A DNA stretch of 64,000 bases from an uncultured Actinomycetota bacterium (GTDB taxonomy: Bacteria; Actinomycetota; Actinomycetes; Propionibacteriales; Nocardioidaceae), in the NCBI GenBank assembly GCA_963837595.1, contig CAWIOB010000011.1, forward strand, positions 1,397 through 65,396, in the 5' to 3' direction. A program made the position numbers and the translations under genes. Positions within the stretch are counted from its first letter, which is position 1; each line of letters opens with the position of its first letter. Below the pieces are notes generated by a model. The model had not been told where the DNA came from and made no database searches. It was given only the letters and a program-made list of their open reading frames with translations. Shown in pieces: positions 50,443 through 59,992 of this stretch.

Positions 50443-50468
50443 TTCGGAGCCCCGGGCTCGACGGATGG
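50443..50468 (-). promoter_or_regulatory. SigK-type ECF promoter
   Basis: Minus strand CCATCC-N15-CCGAA upstream of the Tat/DUF4331 operon; second copy at 53432-53457. Confidence 0.75.
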
Positions 50469-50567
50469 GTGACCGGGGTGGAAACTTTCGGGACCCCGTA
50501 GGCAACCTCACGACCCCGTGGCGCGTCCTACGGCTGAGAGTGCCGCTGAGAAGAGAACGGACCACCC

Positions 50568-53276
50568 ATGTCGATGACGAAGTCGAGCCGAAGAGTCGCC
50601 TGCTGGGTGGGGAGCGTCACCCTCGGCGTACTCACCGTGATGGCCCCGGTCACGGCAGGGGCCGCTCCTGCCGGCGCGCCGGCCCCGGGAGACGGCGATC
50701 GAGGAGTCTGGCAGGTCTCCAGGATCGACGACGGGACGTGGCAGGTGACCTGGCGTTCGCCGTCGCTCCTGCCGGTGACCTCCGACCGACCCACGATCGT
50801 CGAGGACACCCGGTCCCTGGGGGTGCCGACCATCGCCGACGACGGTCGGACGGTGCAGGTGACCGTACGGTCGGACGTCGCACCGGATCCGCTGGACCTG
50901 GACGTCGTCCTGTCCGGGGACCGTCTCGACAGCATCGGCGACGATCTGAAGGGCACCGCTCCGGCGACCACCGGTCGAGTGGCGCAAACCGTCCTCGGCG
51001 AGGACCCGGCAACCCCCGGGCCCTACGACGTCGTCACCAGCGACTACGAACTGCCCGCTGTGAAGCTGGCGGGCATGCCCGAGCCGATCGAGATGGTCGG
51101 CCACATCGTCGAGCCCGCCCCGGACGCCGTCACCGGCGCCCGGCCGCTGGTCCTGTTCCTGCACGGGCGGCACAGCTACTGCTACAACCCGGCCAACGGC
51201 GACGACGGCTGGGAATGGCCGTGTCGGAGTCCGTTCGAGGAGATCCCGAGCCAGCTCGGCTACGACTACATCCAGAAGCTGCTGGCCTCCCAGGGTTACG
51301 CGACGGTCTCCATCCGCGTCAACGGGATCAATGCTCAGGACTACGCCCTCGACGACGGTGGTGCGGGTGCGCGCGCCCGGATCATCCGCGAGCACCTCGA
51401 CCACTGGGTCTCCCTCGCCGCCGACCATCAGGTCGACCTCTCACGGGTGGTGCTCGTGGGGCACAGTCGCGGAGGTGAGGGGGTGGATCGCGCCTCCATC
51501 CAGATCCCGCTCGACGCGCCCTACCGCGTCGTCGGGCAGGTCCTCATCGCCCCGACCGACTTCGGCACCCAGACCGCCCCCTACGTCCCCACGGTGACGC
51601 TGCTGCCCTACTGCGACGGCGACGTGATCGACCTGCAGGGTCAGCGCTTCACCGACACCGCCCGCGACCTGAGCGTCCGGGACACCGCGCTGAAGAGCTC
51701 GGTGATGGTGATGGGGGCCAACCACAACTTCTTCAACACCGAGTGGACCCCCGGCATCGCTGCGGCCCCTGCCTTCGACGACTGGTTCGGCCCCGAGGCA
51801 GGTGCCTGCGGGACCGCGACCCCGGCACGGCTCAGTCCGGCGGAGCAGCAGGACGTCGGCAAGGCCTGGGTGGCCGGCGCGGTCCACCTGTTCGCCGACG
51901 ACGCCGAGCAGTTCCTGCCGATGTTCGACGGTTCCGGTGCCACCGTGGCCTCGGTCGGCGATGCCGACGTCCGCTCCCACGCACTCGGCGGCGGTCGCGT
52001 GCTGCGGCGCCCCGGGCTCGGCACGGGGTTGTCGCTGGCAGATGGTGCCGAGACGCAGTTCTGCCGTGGGATCAACGAGTTCGGTGGCGCTCACAACATC
52101 TGTGGACGCACCATCCGGGACAGCTACGTCACGCCGCACTGGCCCGCCTCCTACGAGCAGGTGCCCACCCGTCGGGCCTTCGAGATGTCCTGGAGCGCCC
52201 CGGGTCAGTCCGGTGGACTGGTGTTCGCCCATCCTCTGGACCTCAGCGGGGGACGGCTCGAGCTGCGCACCGTCGTCGACCCGCCCCTGGGCGGCGTACG
52301 ACTGCGCGTGCGGGTCACCGACGCCGACGGGGGGAGCTCGACACTCACGCCGGCGGGCGGCGGCCAGCTGCCGGCGCTGCTGCGGGGTCGCGGGCTGTCG
52401 AAGCGCTGGGCGCAGACCCTGCTGGTCGACACGTCCACCGCGACCGGGGTCGACCTCACCCGCATCAGCCAGGTCGACCTGATCGGCGACAGCCCCGACG
52501 GCCGGATCTGGGTCGAGGACCTGGCGGCCGCTCCGTCCCGTCTGGCCCCGGTGCCCGAGGAGCGGTTGCCGCTGGTCAGCATCGGCAGCCTGCGCCAGCA
52601 GGAGGGTGACGGGCCCGGGACGGTCACCGCGCGAGTCCCGTTCACGATCCAAGGTTCCGTGGATCACCCCGCCCGTCTGGTCGCGGTGGTCGCCGGAGAG
52701 GAGCGTGGCAACACGCACCGGTTCGCGATCGACCTGGCGCCGGGACAGACCTCGGGGAGCATCCCGATCGACTACCAGGCGGACACCGCCGACGACTACC
52801 CGCGCACCTACACGCTGGTGGCGGCCTGGGCGACCAAGGAGGCCATGACCGACGACTACCTGGGCCGGCTGGTGGTCGTGGACGACGACCCCAGCCCCAC
52901 CATCACCATCACGCCGGTCTCGCGGACCGTCAAGGAGGGCCAGAACGCCACCTGGCGGATCACACTCTCGGACCCGGTCGACTACGACCTCTACATCGAC
53001 GGGCAGGTGGCGCGCGGACCCAAGCCGGCGCTGAAGGGTTTCGACGTACCACTCTCGTGGCTTCGTGACCACGGTTCCACCCGGCACCGCGCATGGCCGA
53101 TGTGGCGCTCGGGAGCCTGGGTCTACACCGCGGTGAAGCGAGGGAGGACGACAGCGACGATCTCGGTCCCGATCCGCAAGGACGGGGCGAAGGAGCGCCG
53201 TGAGGCGTTGACGGTGGACTTCCACATCAACCGCCGCACCGTCACCCGAACCATCAGGGTGGCCGCCTCGCGCTGA
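50568..53276 (+). CDS. secreted alpha/beta hydrolase with C-terminal Ig/Calx-beta-like domains
   Basis: Signal peptide; LVLFLHGRH, nucleophile GHSRGG, CDGDV, GANHNFFN. Confidence 0.85.
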   Translation: MSMTKSSRRVACWVGSVTLGVLTVMAPVTAGAAPAGAPAPGDGDRGVWQVSRIDDGTWQVTWRSPSLLPVTSDRPTIVEDTRSLGVPTIADDGRTVQVTVRSDVAPDPLDLDVVLSGDRLDSIGDDLKGTAPATTGRVAQTVLGEDPATPGPYDVVTSDYELPAVKLAGMPEPIEMVGHIVEPAPDAVTGARPLVLFLHGRHSYCYNPANGDDGWEWPCRSPFEEIPSQLGYDYIQKLLASQGYATVSIRVNGINAQDYALDDGGAGARARIIREHLDHWVSLAADHQVDLSRVVLVGHSRGGEGVDRASIQIPLDAPYRVVGQVLIAPTDFGTQTAPYVPTVTLLPYCDGDVIDLQGQRFTDTARDLSVRDTALKSSVMVMGANHNFFNTEWTPGIAAAPAFDDWFGPEAGACGTATPARLSPAEQQDVGKAWVAGAVHLFADDAEQFLPMFDGSGATVASVGDADVRSHALGGGRVLRRPGLGTGLSLADGAETQFCRGINEFGGAHNICGRTIRDSYVTPHWPASYEQVPTRRAFEMSWSAPGQSGGLVFAHPLDLSGGRLELRTVVDPPLGGVRLRVRVTDADGGSSTLTPAGGGQLPALLRGRGLSKRWAQTLLVDTSTATGVDLTRISQVDLIGDSPDGRIWVEDLAAAPSRLAPVPEERLPLVSIGSLRQQEGDGPGTVTARVPFTIQGSVDHPARLVAVVAGEERGNTHRFAIDLAPGQTSGSIPIDYQADTADDYPRTYTLVAAWATKEAMTDDYLGRLVVVDDDPSPTITITPVSRTVKEGQNATWRITLSDPVDYDLYIDGQVARGPKPALKGFDVPLSWLRDHGSTRHRAWPMWRSGAWVYTAVKRGRTTATISVPIRKDGAKERREALTVDFHINRRTVTRTIRVAASR

Positions 53277-53293
53277 GGGGACATCAGCGCAAC

Positions 53294-53340
53294 GGGCTCG
53301 TCCTCGGTTCCCCTCCCACAAGGGAACCGAGGACGAGCCC
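53294..53340. terminator. perfect 19-bp hairpin between convergent units
   Basis: GGGCTCGTCCTCGGTTCCC / GGGAACCGAGGACGAGCCC with a 9-nt loop. Confidence 0.8.
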
Positions 53341-53425
53341 ACCTGCACAGGCGTCCCCGTAGACGCGCCCGTTGGTGCCCGGTCTCCGCGGCGGGGGCTG
53401 CCGGGATTCCGAACCCTTCAACTGT
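53294..53425 (-). ncRNA. candidate ~130-nt sRNA from a SigK-type promoter
   Basis: Lies between the promoter at 53432-53457 and the hairpin at 53294-53340; no convincing ORF. Confidence 0.5.
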
Positions 53426-53431
53426 CAGGGA

Positions 53432-53457
53432 TTCGGAGCCCCTCGTGGCGCGGATGG
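53432..53457 (-). promoter_or_regulatory. SigK-type ECF promoter (second copy)
   Basis: CCATCC-N15-CCGAA; shares ACCCATCCG and GGGGCTCCGAA with the 50443-50468 copy. Confidence 0.7.
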
Positions 53458-53597
53458 GTCGGCACCCCCCCGTCTAGACCGGGCGCCTCAGGTTTCCCCG
53501 GATATCCGGGGAAACTCGCGGTTGTCAGCCGTTGCAACAGCCGACAACCACCGACAAGGCCTGACAGGCCGCGCTCAAGGGGCTGGTGTGGCCCGAC

Positions 53598-55232
53598 TCA
53601 GAGGTCGTCCGCGTCGACGATCCGATAGGCGTAGCCCTGCTCGGCGAGGAAGCGCTGCCGGTTCTGGGCGAAGTCGGCGTCGACGGTGTCACGGGACACG
53701 ATCGTGTAGAAGTGAGCGCTCTTGCCCTCGGCCTTCGGGCGCAGCAGACGGCCGAGTCGCTGGGCCTCCTCCTGGCGGGAACCGAACGACCCCGAGACCT
53801 GGATCGCGACCTCCGCCGAGGGCAGATCGATCGAGAAGTTCGCCACCTTCGAGACGACGAGCAGGCCGACCTCGCCGGTTCGGAAGGCCTCGAACAGCCG
53901 CTGACGTTCCTTCACCGGGGTGTCGCCCTTGATGACGGGCGCATCGAGGATGGCGGCCAACTCGTCGAGCTGGTCGATGTACTGCCCGATCACCAGCGTG
54001 GGCTGGCCCTGGTGCTGCTTCACCAGCTGCCTGACCACGTCGACCTTGTGGTGGGTGCACGAGGCGAGCCGGTAGCGCTCCTCGGGCTCGGCCGTCGCGT
54101 AGGCCAGTCGCTCGTTGTTGGGCAGGGTCACCCTCACCTCGACACAGTCCGCGGGGGCGATCCATCCTTGCGCCTCGATGTCCTTCCACGGTGCGTCATA
54201 CCGCTTCGGGCCGATCAGCGAGAACACGTCCCCCTCGCGGCCGTCCTCGCGCACGAGCGTCGCGGTCAGGCCGATCCGCCGACGGGCCTGCAGGTTGGCG
54301 GTCATCCGGAAGATCGGCGCCGGCAGCAGATGGACCTCGTCGTAGATGACCAGACCCCAGTCGCGGGCGTCGAGGAGCTCGAGGTGGGTGTAGGCGCCGT
54401 TTCGTCGGGTGGTGAGCACCTGGTACGTCGCGATCGTGACGGGCCGGACCTCCTTGACCGCTCCGGAGTATTCGCCGATCTCGTCCTCGGTGAGCGAGGT
54501 GCGCTTGATCAGCTCCTCCTTCCACTGCCGAGCGCTGACCGTGTTGGTGACCAGGATCAGCGTGGTCGCCTTCGCGTGTGCCATGGCGGCCGCGCCCACC
54601 AGGGTCTTCCCAGCTCCGCACGGGAGTACGACGACGCCGGAGCCGCCGTGCCAGAACGAGTCGGCGGCATCGCGCTGGTAGCCGCGCAGGTGCCACTCCG
54701 ACTCATCGAGCTCGATGGCGTGCGCCTCTCCGTCGACGTAGCCCGCGAAGTCCTCGGCCGGCCAACCGAGCTTGAGCAGCGCCTGCTTCAGGTTCCCGCG
54801 CTCGCTGGGGTGGATGGCCACCGTGTCCTCGTCGAGGCGGGCACCGATCATGCCGGCGACCTTCTTGGCGCGCAGCACCTCCTCGAGCACGGGCCGGTCG
54901 TTGCTGGCCAGCACGAGCCCGTGGACGGGATGCTTGTCGAGACGAAGCCGCCCGTAGCGGGCCATCGTCTCGGCGATGTCGACGAGCAGGGAGTGCGGCA
55001 CGGCGTACCGGCTGTAGGTGAGCAGGGTGTCCACCACCTGCTCCGCGTCGTGTCCCGCGGCGCGGGCGTTCCAGAGACCGAGCGGGGTGAGCCGGTAGGT
55101 GTGGATGTGTTCAGGGGAGCGTTCGAGCTCGGCGAACGGCGCGATGGCCTTGCGGCACTCCTGCGCGAGCTCGTGGTCGATCTCCAGCAGCAGGGTCTTG
55201 TCGGACTGGACGATCAGAGGGCCTTCGTTCAC
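53598..55232 (-). CDS. DNA repair helicase XPB
   Basis: LPCGAGKT, DEVH, RED motif (LVREDG), QRLGRLLR. Confidence 0.95.
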   Translation of the reverse strand: MNEGPLIVQSDKTLLLEIDHELAQECRKAIAPFAELERSPEHIHTYRLTPLGLWNARAAGHDAEQVVDTLLTYSRYAVPHSLLVDIAETMARYGRLRLDKHPVHGLVLASNDRPVLEEVLRAKKVAGMIGARLDEDTVAIHPSERGNLKQALLKLGWPAEDFAGYVDGEAHAIELDESEWHLRGYQRDAADSFWHGGSGVVVLPCGAGKTLVGAAAMAHAKATTLILVTNTVSARQWKEELIKRTSLTEDEIGEYSGAVKEVRPVTIATYQVLTTRRNGAYTHLELLDARDWGLVIYDEVHLLPAPIFRMTANLQARRRIGLTATLVREDGREGDVFSLIGPKRYDAPWKDIEAQGWIAPADCVEVRVTLPNNERLAYATAEPEERYRLASCTHHKVDVVRQLVKQHQGQPTLVIGQYIDQLDELAAILDAPVIKGDTPVKERQRLFEAFRTGEVGLLVVSKVANFSIDLPSAEVAIQVSGSFGSRQEEAQRLGRLLRPKAEGKSAHFYTIVSRDTVDADFAQNRQRFLAEQGYAYRIVDADDL

Positions 55233-55295
55233 CCACCGAGTCTACGGATGGTGCGTTGGCCGCGCTGAGTGGCGTGCAGTCCGACGCAGGAGGGC

Positions 55296-55823
55296 TCAGG
55301 TGTCCAGACCAGCCTTCTGGCGGGCCCGGAAGGCGGCGACGTTGGCCCGCGAGGAGCAGCGGTCCGAGCAGTAGCGGCGGGACTGGTTGGGGGAGGTGTC
55401 GACATAGACATTGGTGCACGGGCTCGAACTGCACACCCCCATGCGGTGCGGTCCGAGGTCGCAGACCACGGCCGCGAGGCCGAGCAACGACTCGGAGATG
55501 AGCAGATCGCTGACGGGAGTTCCACCGTGGGCGACGTGCAGATGCAGGTTGTCCGGGTCGTGGTCGCTGATCATCGGGGTGAGCGGATGTCGGGCAAGCA
55601 GGTCGTTGAGTCCGCTCACGATGGCGCCGGAGTCACCGGCATCGGAGGCCTCGAAGACAGCGCGGAGCTCGCCCTGGAACTTCTGGAGCACGCCGGGATC
55701 GCGATCGTCGCACTGGGACCGAAGCGACTCTCGCTCGCCGAGGAACGCCACCAGGGCGTCGAGGTCGGCGACGTCGGCGTTGACCAGGGCCGCACCCGAC
55801 TCCGCATAACGGACAAAATCCAC
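55296..55823 (-). CDS. CGNR zinc-finger (ABATE) protein
   Basis: GVCSSSPC..YVDTSPNQSRRYCSDRCSSRANVAAFRAR. Confidence 0.9.
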   Translation of the reverse strand: MDFVRYAESGAALVNADVADLDALVAFLGERESLRSQCDDRDPGVLQKFQGELRAVFEASDAGDSGAIVSGLNDLLARHPLTPMISDHDPDNLHLHVAHGGTPVSDLLISESLLGLAAVVCDLGPHRMGVCSSSPCTNVYVDTSPNQSRRYCSDRCSSRANVAAFRARQKAGLDT

Positions 55824-55832
55824 GGGTGAATC

Positions 55833-58094
55833 CTACGTGCGGTCTTCCAGCGGTCGGACCGCAGTGATCCGGTGGACCGCGAAGGTGCGGGTCTCCTCGG
55901 TTCGATGGTCGCGGGCGGTCAGCCAGCCGCCCTCCACCTGCAGAGGGTCGACGACGCGCTCGGTGGTGGTCCCGTGGTTGTCGACGTAGCCGATCAACAC
56001 CGACCGACCGGTCTCCACGGCGGTGCGAAGAGCCGACAGGGAGCTCGACGGGGTGAGCAGGTCGACGGCAGCCGGCCGGGTAGCCTCCACCCGGTCACCA
56101 GCGCGGACCGCCCGCACGGCCTGGACCAGCTGGGCCGTCTCGCGGGCCGACACCAGCCCCGCCGGGCGAGCCGCGCGCGGGGTGCGGGCGCGCAGCAGGT
56201 CGCGGCGTGCGATCCGGACCGTGCCGTCAGCCGCCTCGAGGACCGGGGCGCTGCCGAGCTCGCGCAGTCGGGGCAGCAGGACGTCGACCGGGGTGTCGCT
56301 GACCAGCACCGTCGGGGCGATCCGGCGCAGCCCCAGGGAGGCTGCCTTGGGGTGATGCAGCAGCTCGGACAGCACGGTCTCGTCGTCGGCTCGCAGGAAG
56401 GACTCGGCCGCTCCGACCCGGACCGCGCCGAACGTCCGCGAGGAGTCGTCGATCAGATAGCTCAGGGGCTGCGGCACCGGGGTGCGGGACACCGACCCGA
56501 CGAAGTCGTGCAGCTCGACGGCCGACCAGCCGGCGTCGAAGGCACGGCGTACGGACTGGGTGGTGAAGCGGTAGACGGTGGCACCGCCTCGGGACTCGAC
56601 GTCGGCGATGAGCTGCAGCTGGCGCGCGAGAAGCGGCTCGAGCGGCCCCGGCGCGACGGCGGTGAGGTCGGCCTGGAGCAGGACATGGTCGATCGGCTGC
56701 GGGATGAGAGGGGTGAGCGCATCCACGGCCGAGAGCTCGGTCTCCGGGTCGAGCAGGGCTCGGGCGTAGGTCGACAGACCGCCGATGCCCAGCAGGCCCA
56801 AGGTGGCGGCCTCCCGGAGCGTCCAGACCGCCAGGTCGTCGCGCGTCGGGGGACGACGTGGGCGCAGCCACGACAGCCGTTCGATCAGGCTGGGGGAGCC
56901 GGTACCGGTCGCCAGCACCGATCCGTGGGGAAGCTCGGCGAGCTGCTCGAGGACCAGTCGACGGGTCTCGACCGCCAGCATGCTCGACAACTCGGGGGTC
57001 AGCGCGTTCACGGGCTTGTCGGCCTGGTCGCGGCTGCCGACCAGGCCGGGCATGCGTGGGCTGGTCAGCCAGGTCGAGGCGAGCAGGTGCCAGCGCTCGG
57101 CGGCGGGTTGGGTGGACCAGGCGTCGTACGCATCGGTCGGCAGCCAGCCCGCGGTGCCGTCGGGCAGCGCGGCCTGGGTCACGAGGTTGGCGGCCGCGGC
57201 GATCTCGACCAGAAGCGCCGTCGTCGTCTCATCGGTGTTCGTCTCGGCTGCGGCCTGTCGAAGATCGCGCACGCCCAGCCCGCCCGTGCGCAGGGCGAGG
57301 GGCGGGGACGAGCTCCAGCGGTCGAGCAGCAGCTCCACCCGGCGTACCGCCTCGAACGCGGCGCCGGCTGCCGCCCGGTCGATGAGGGCGGAGTCCCGTT
57401 CGGAGGTCGCGATCTCCGGAACGACGTCGACCCGCTCGCGGGTGGTGTGTCCGCCTCGCAACGCGATCCCCACCTCTCCCGGCAGGTAGACGCTGCCGCC
57501 CTCGCGAGGCAGGAGCAGCCGGCGCGAAAGCGCCTCCTCCACGGGCGTGCGAGCCTGGTCCGGGTGGATGCCGCGCCGCGCCGACTCGGTGCGGCCTTCC
57601 CCACCGGCACCGTCCACGTGGTCCAGGAGGGCGCGCGCCGCGGGGCTGAGCTCGTCGAGCAGCGCGGTGGCTGCGGGCACGTCGAGATCACCGGCCGCGA
57701 AGGGTTGGAGTCCGCTGCCGCTGGAGCGGAGTATGTCGGCGACGCCGGTCAGGGCGCGGACTTCGGCACCGCTCTCCCACGCGACAGCGAGATCGATCAG
57801 CCGGGTCACTGCGGACTCCACCCAGGCCCGGTCGGCCGACAGGACCGAGGCCGCGTCCGCACGGTTGGTCTGACCCAGGATCGCGAGGGCGTCGAGGACC
57901 AAGAGCTCGCCGCGGGTCAGCTGGTCCAGCGCCCGCAGCAGCGAGGAACGCGTCGCGGCACGTGAGGCGAGCTGCGCTGAGTCCTGCGGCGCCGGGGTCG
58001 CGAGATCGGGCCGGTCGCGCAGCAGGCGCAGCAACCGGGCCTCCGGCCAGCCGCGCAACTGGTCCGCAAGCGAGCGAGGTGGGGAGGCGGCCAT
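55833..58094 (-). CDS. XPB-associated helicase-C3 domain protein with C-terminal WYL-like domain
   Basis: RPDLATPAP, LQADLTAVAPGPL, VESRGGATVYRF, PVPQPLSYLI.D, IGYVD..RTFAVHRI; standard XPB neighbour. Confidence 0.88.
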   Translation of the reverse strand: MAASPPRSLADQLRGWPEARLLRLLRDRPDLATPAPQDSAQLASRAATRSSLLRALDQLTRGELLVLDALAILGQTNRADAASVLSADRAWVESAVTRLIDLAVAWESGAEVRALTGVADILRSSGSGLQPFAAGDLDVPAATALLDELSPAARALLDHVDGAGGEGRTESARRGIHPDQARTPVEEALSRRLLLPREGGSVYLPGEVGIALRGGHTTRERVDVVPEIATSERDSALIDRAAAGAAFEAVRRVELLLDRWSSSPPLALRTGGLGVRDLRQAAAETNTDETTTALLVEIAAAANLVTQAALPDGTAGWLPTDAYDAWSTQPAAERWHLLASTWLTSPRMPGLVGSRDQADKPVNALTPELSSMLAVETRRLVLEQLAELPHGSVLATGTGSPSLIERLSWLRPRRPPTRDDLAVWTLREAATLGLLGIGGLSTYARALLDPETELSAVDALTPLIPQPIDHVLLQADLTAVAPGPLEPLLARQLQLIADVESRGGATVYRFTTQSVRRAFDAGWSAVELHDFVGSVSRTPVPQPLSYLIDDSSRTFGAVRVGAAESFLRADDETVLSELLHHPKAASLGLRRIAPTVLVSDTPVDVLLPRLRELGSAPVLEAADGTVRIARRDLLRARTPRAARPAGLVSARETAQLVQAVRAVRAGDRVEATRPAAVDLLTPSSSLSALRTAVETGRSVLIGYVDNHGTTTERVVDPLQVEGGWLTARDHRTEETRTFAVHRITAVRPLEDRT

Positions 58095-58126
58095 CAGGAC
58101 AACGCTACTAGGGTGCCCCTGCGGGG

Positions 58127-58924
58127 GTGTCGGGAACGGAGCAGGAAGGCGGTGGCGTCGTCGCCATGGGCGGTGTCCGACTCAGCCATGCTGGTGCCAC
58201 CGACGTGGGTCTCGTGCGCACCCACAACGAGGACTCCTACCTCGTCGCGCCGCCGGTCTTCGTCGTCGCCGACGGAATGGGCGGGCATCACGGTGGAGAC
58301 GTCGCCAGCGGCATCGTGGTCGACCAGCTCGGCTCGTTGGCGGGCTTCTCCGGCAAGCTCACCGAGGGCGTCGCCGCACTGACCGAGGCTCTCGAGGCGT
58401 GCCAGCGCCGCATCCTGGAGTACGCCGTGCAGCAGGGCGCGGCGGGTCCGGGGCAGTGGTACGCCGGCACCACCGTCACCGCTGCACTGCTGGTGGACGA
58501 GGTGGCGGCCCCACGCTGGCTGGTGATGAACCTCGGGGACTCGCGCTGCTACCGACTTCACGGCGGGCGGCTCACGCAGGTCAGCACGGACCATTCGGTC
58601 GTGCAGGAACTGCTCGACGCCGGCCTGATCGACGAGGTGGAGGCGGCCAGCCACCCCGAGAGGCATGTGATCACCAAGGCCCTCGGTGGGCCCGACCTTC
58701 CGCGCCCGGACTTCTTCGAGGTCCCTCTCTCGGAGGCCGAGCGCCTGCTGCTGTGCTCCGACGGCATCAACGGGTTGCTCGGCGATGGCGAGATCGAGGC
58801 GGTGCTCGCAGCACAGGCCGACCCGGTGGCGGCTGCCGACCGGATCGTGGCGGCCGCACTGTCCGCAGGTGGCTCAGACAACGCGACCGCGGTGGTGGTG
58901 GATGTGGTGGGATGGCCGACATGA
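58127..58924 (+). CDS. PP2C family Ser/Thr phosphatase
   Basis: TDVGLVRTHNEDS, VADGMGGH, NLGDSRCY, LLCSDG, GGSDNAT; start could be 58166. Confidence 0.93.
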   Translation: MSGTEQEGGGVVAMGGVRLSHAGATDVGLVRTHNEDSYLVAPPVFVVADGMGGHHGGDVASGIVVDQLGSLAGFSGKLTEGVAALTEALEACQRRILEYAVQQGAAGPGQWYAGTTVTAALLVDEVAAPRWLVMNLGDSRCYRLHGGRLTQVSTDHSVVQELLDAGLIDEVEAASHPERHVITKALGGPDLPRPDFFEVPLSEAERLLLCSDGINGLLGDGEIEAVLAAQADPVAAADRIVAAALSAGGSDNATAVVVDVVGWPT

Positions 58925-59992
58925 CCACCGCGCTCAAGTCGTACCGACCCGGGAGTTGGTACGCCGTACTCGGGGACGACCTCACGGTCGTCCTGCCGGC
59001 GGCCGAGAGGCACCGGGTCGGATCCCTCTGGGAGCTGGTGGACGGCGGCGCCACCCGCGACGAGGTCCTCGACACCCTGCTGTCCGGTGGCCTCAGCAGC
59101 CTGTCGGGAGTGGTGCTGATCGGCCGCCGCTTCGACGAGACCCAGGTGATCGTGCGTGGACCGGCCGTGGTCGTGCTCACCACGCGGGACGGGTCGGTGC
59201 AGGAGATCGACGGCGCCGTGGCCCAGACCTGGGTGGAGCGACGCGCCTCGGGGGTGATGCGGATGTCGGTGCTCGTGGAGGACTCTGAGGAGACCGATCG
59301 CCTGGTCTCCACGGGCTTGGTCCGGGTTGCCCGAATCGACCTGCCGCCACACGAGCCGGAACCCGTCCCTCAGCCGGAGCCCGAGCCCGAGCCTCAGCCG
59401 GAGCCCGAGCGGAGCCGAGCCCGAGCCCGAGCCGGAACCCGAGCCGGAACCCGAGCCGCACGAGGTTCCCACGGAGATGTTCGCCGCCCCGCCAGCCGAG
59501 CAACCGGCCGAGCAACCGGCCGAGCAACCGGCGGAGCAACCGGCGGAGCAACCGGCCGAGCCAGTCACTCCTGCGGCTCCGGTCTGGGGCCATGGACCGG
59601 GGGCGGTCGTCCCTGCCGAGCCGGCGGGGAGCTCCCGCTCGGTGGCGGTGCTGACGTTCTCGAGCGGCGAGGTCATCGAGGTGGATCGGCCGATCCTGGT
59701 GGGCCGCGCGCCCGAGGCGCGCCGCTTCGCGCTGACGGAGGAGCCGATGCTGGTCACGGTGCTCAGCCGCAACCACGAGATCTCCTCGACACACCTCGAG
59801 ATCCGTCCGGGATCCGGCGTCGACCAGGGCCACGCCATCGTGACCGACATGGGCTCGACCAACGGGACGGTCCTGGTCCAACCCGGCCAGGGCCCCGAGG
59901 ACCTGCAACCGGGCGTCCCCGTGCGACTGCTGCTGGGAGCGATGGTCGACCTCGGCGATGGCATCACCCTGTCGGTCGCCTCCGCCACCTGA
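58921..59992 (+). CDS. FHA domain protein with Glu-Pro linker (apparent frameshift near 59410)
   Basis: N-terminal half in the 58399 frame; C-terminal FHA (VGRAP, ISSTH, DMGSTNGT) in the 59327 frame; the switch occurs inside the EP repeat. Confidence 0.85.
59352..59560 (+). repeat. coding tandem repeats (EP)n and (PAEQ)n
   Basis: GAGCCS hexamers, then CCGGCSGAGCAA 12-mers. Confidence 0.85.
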
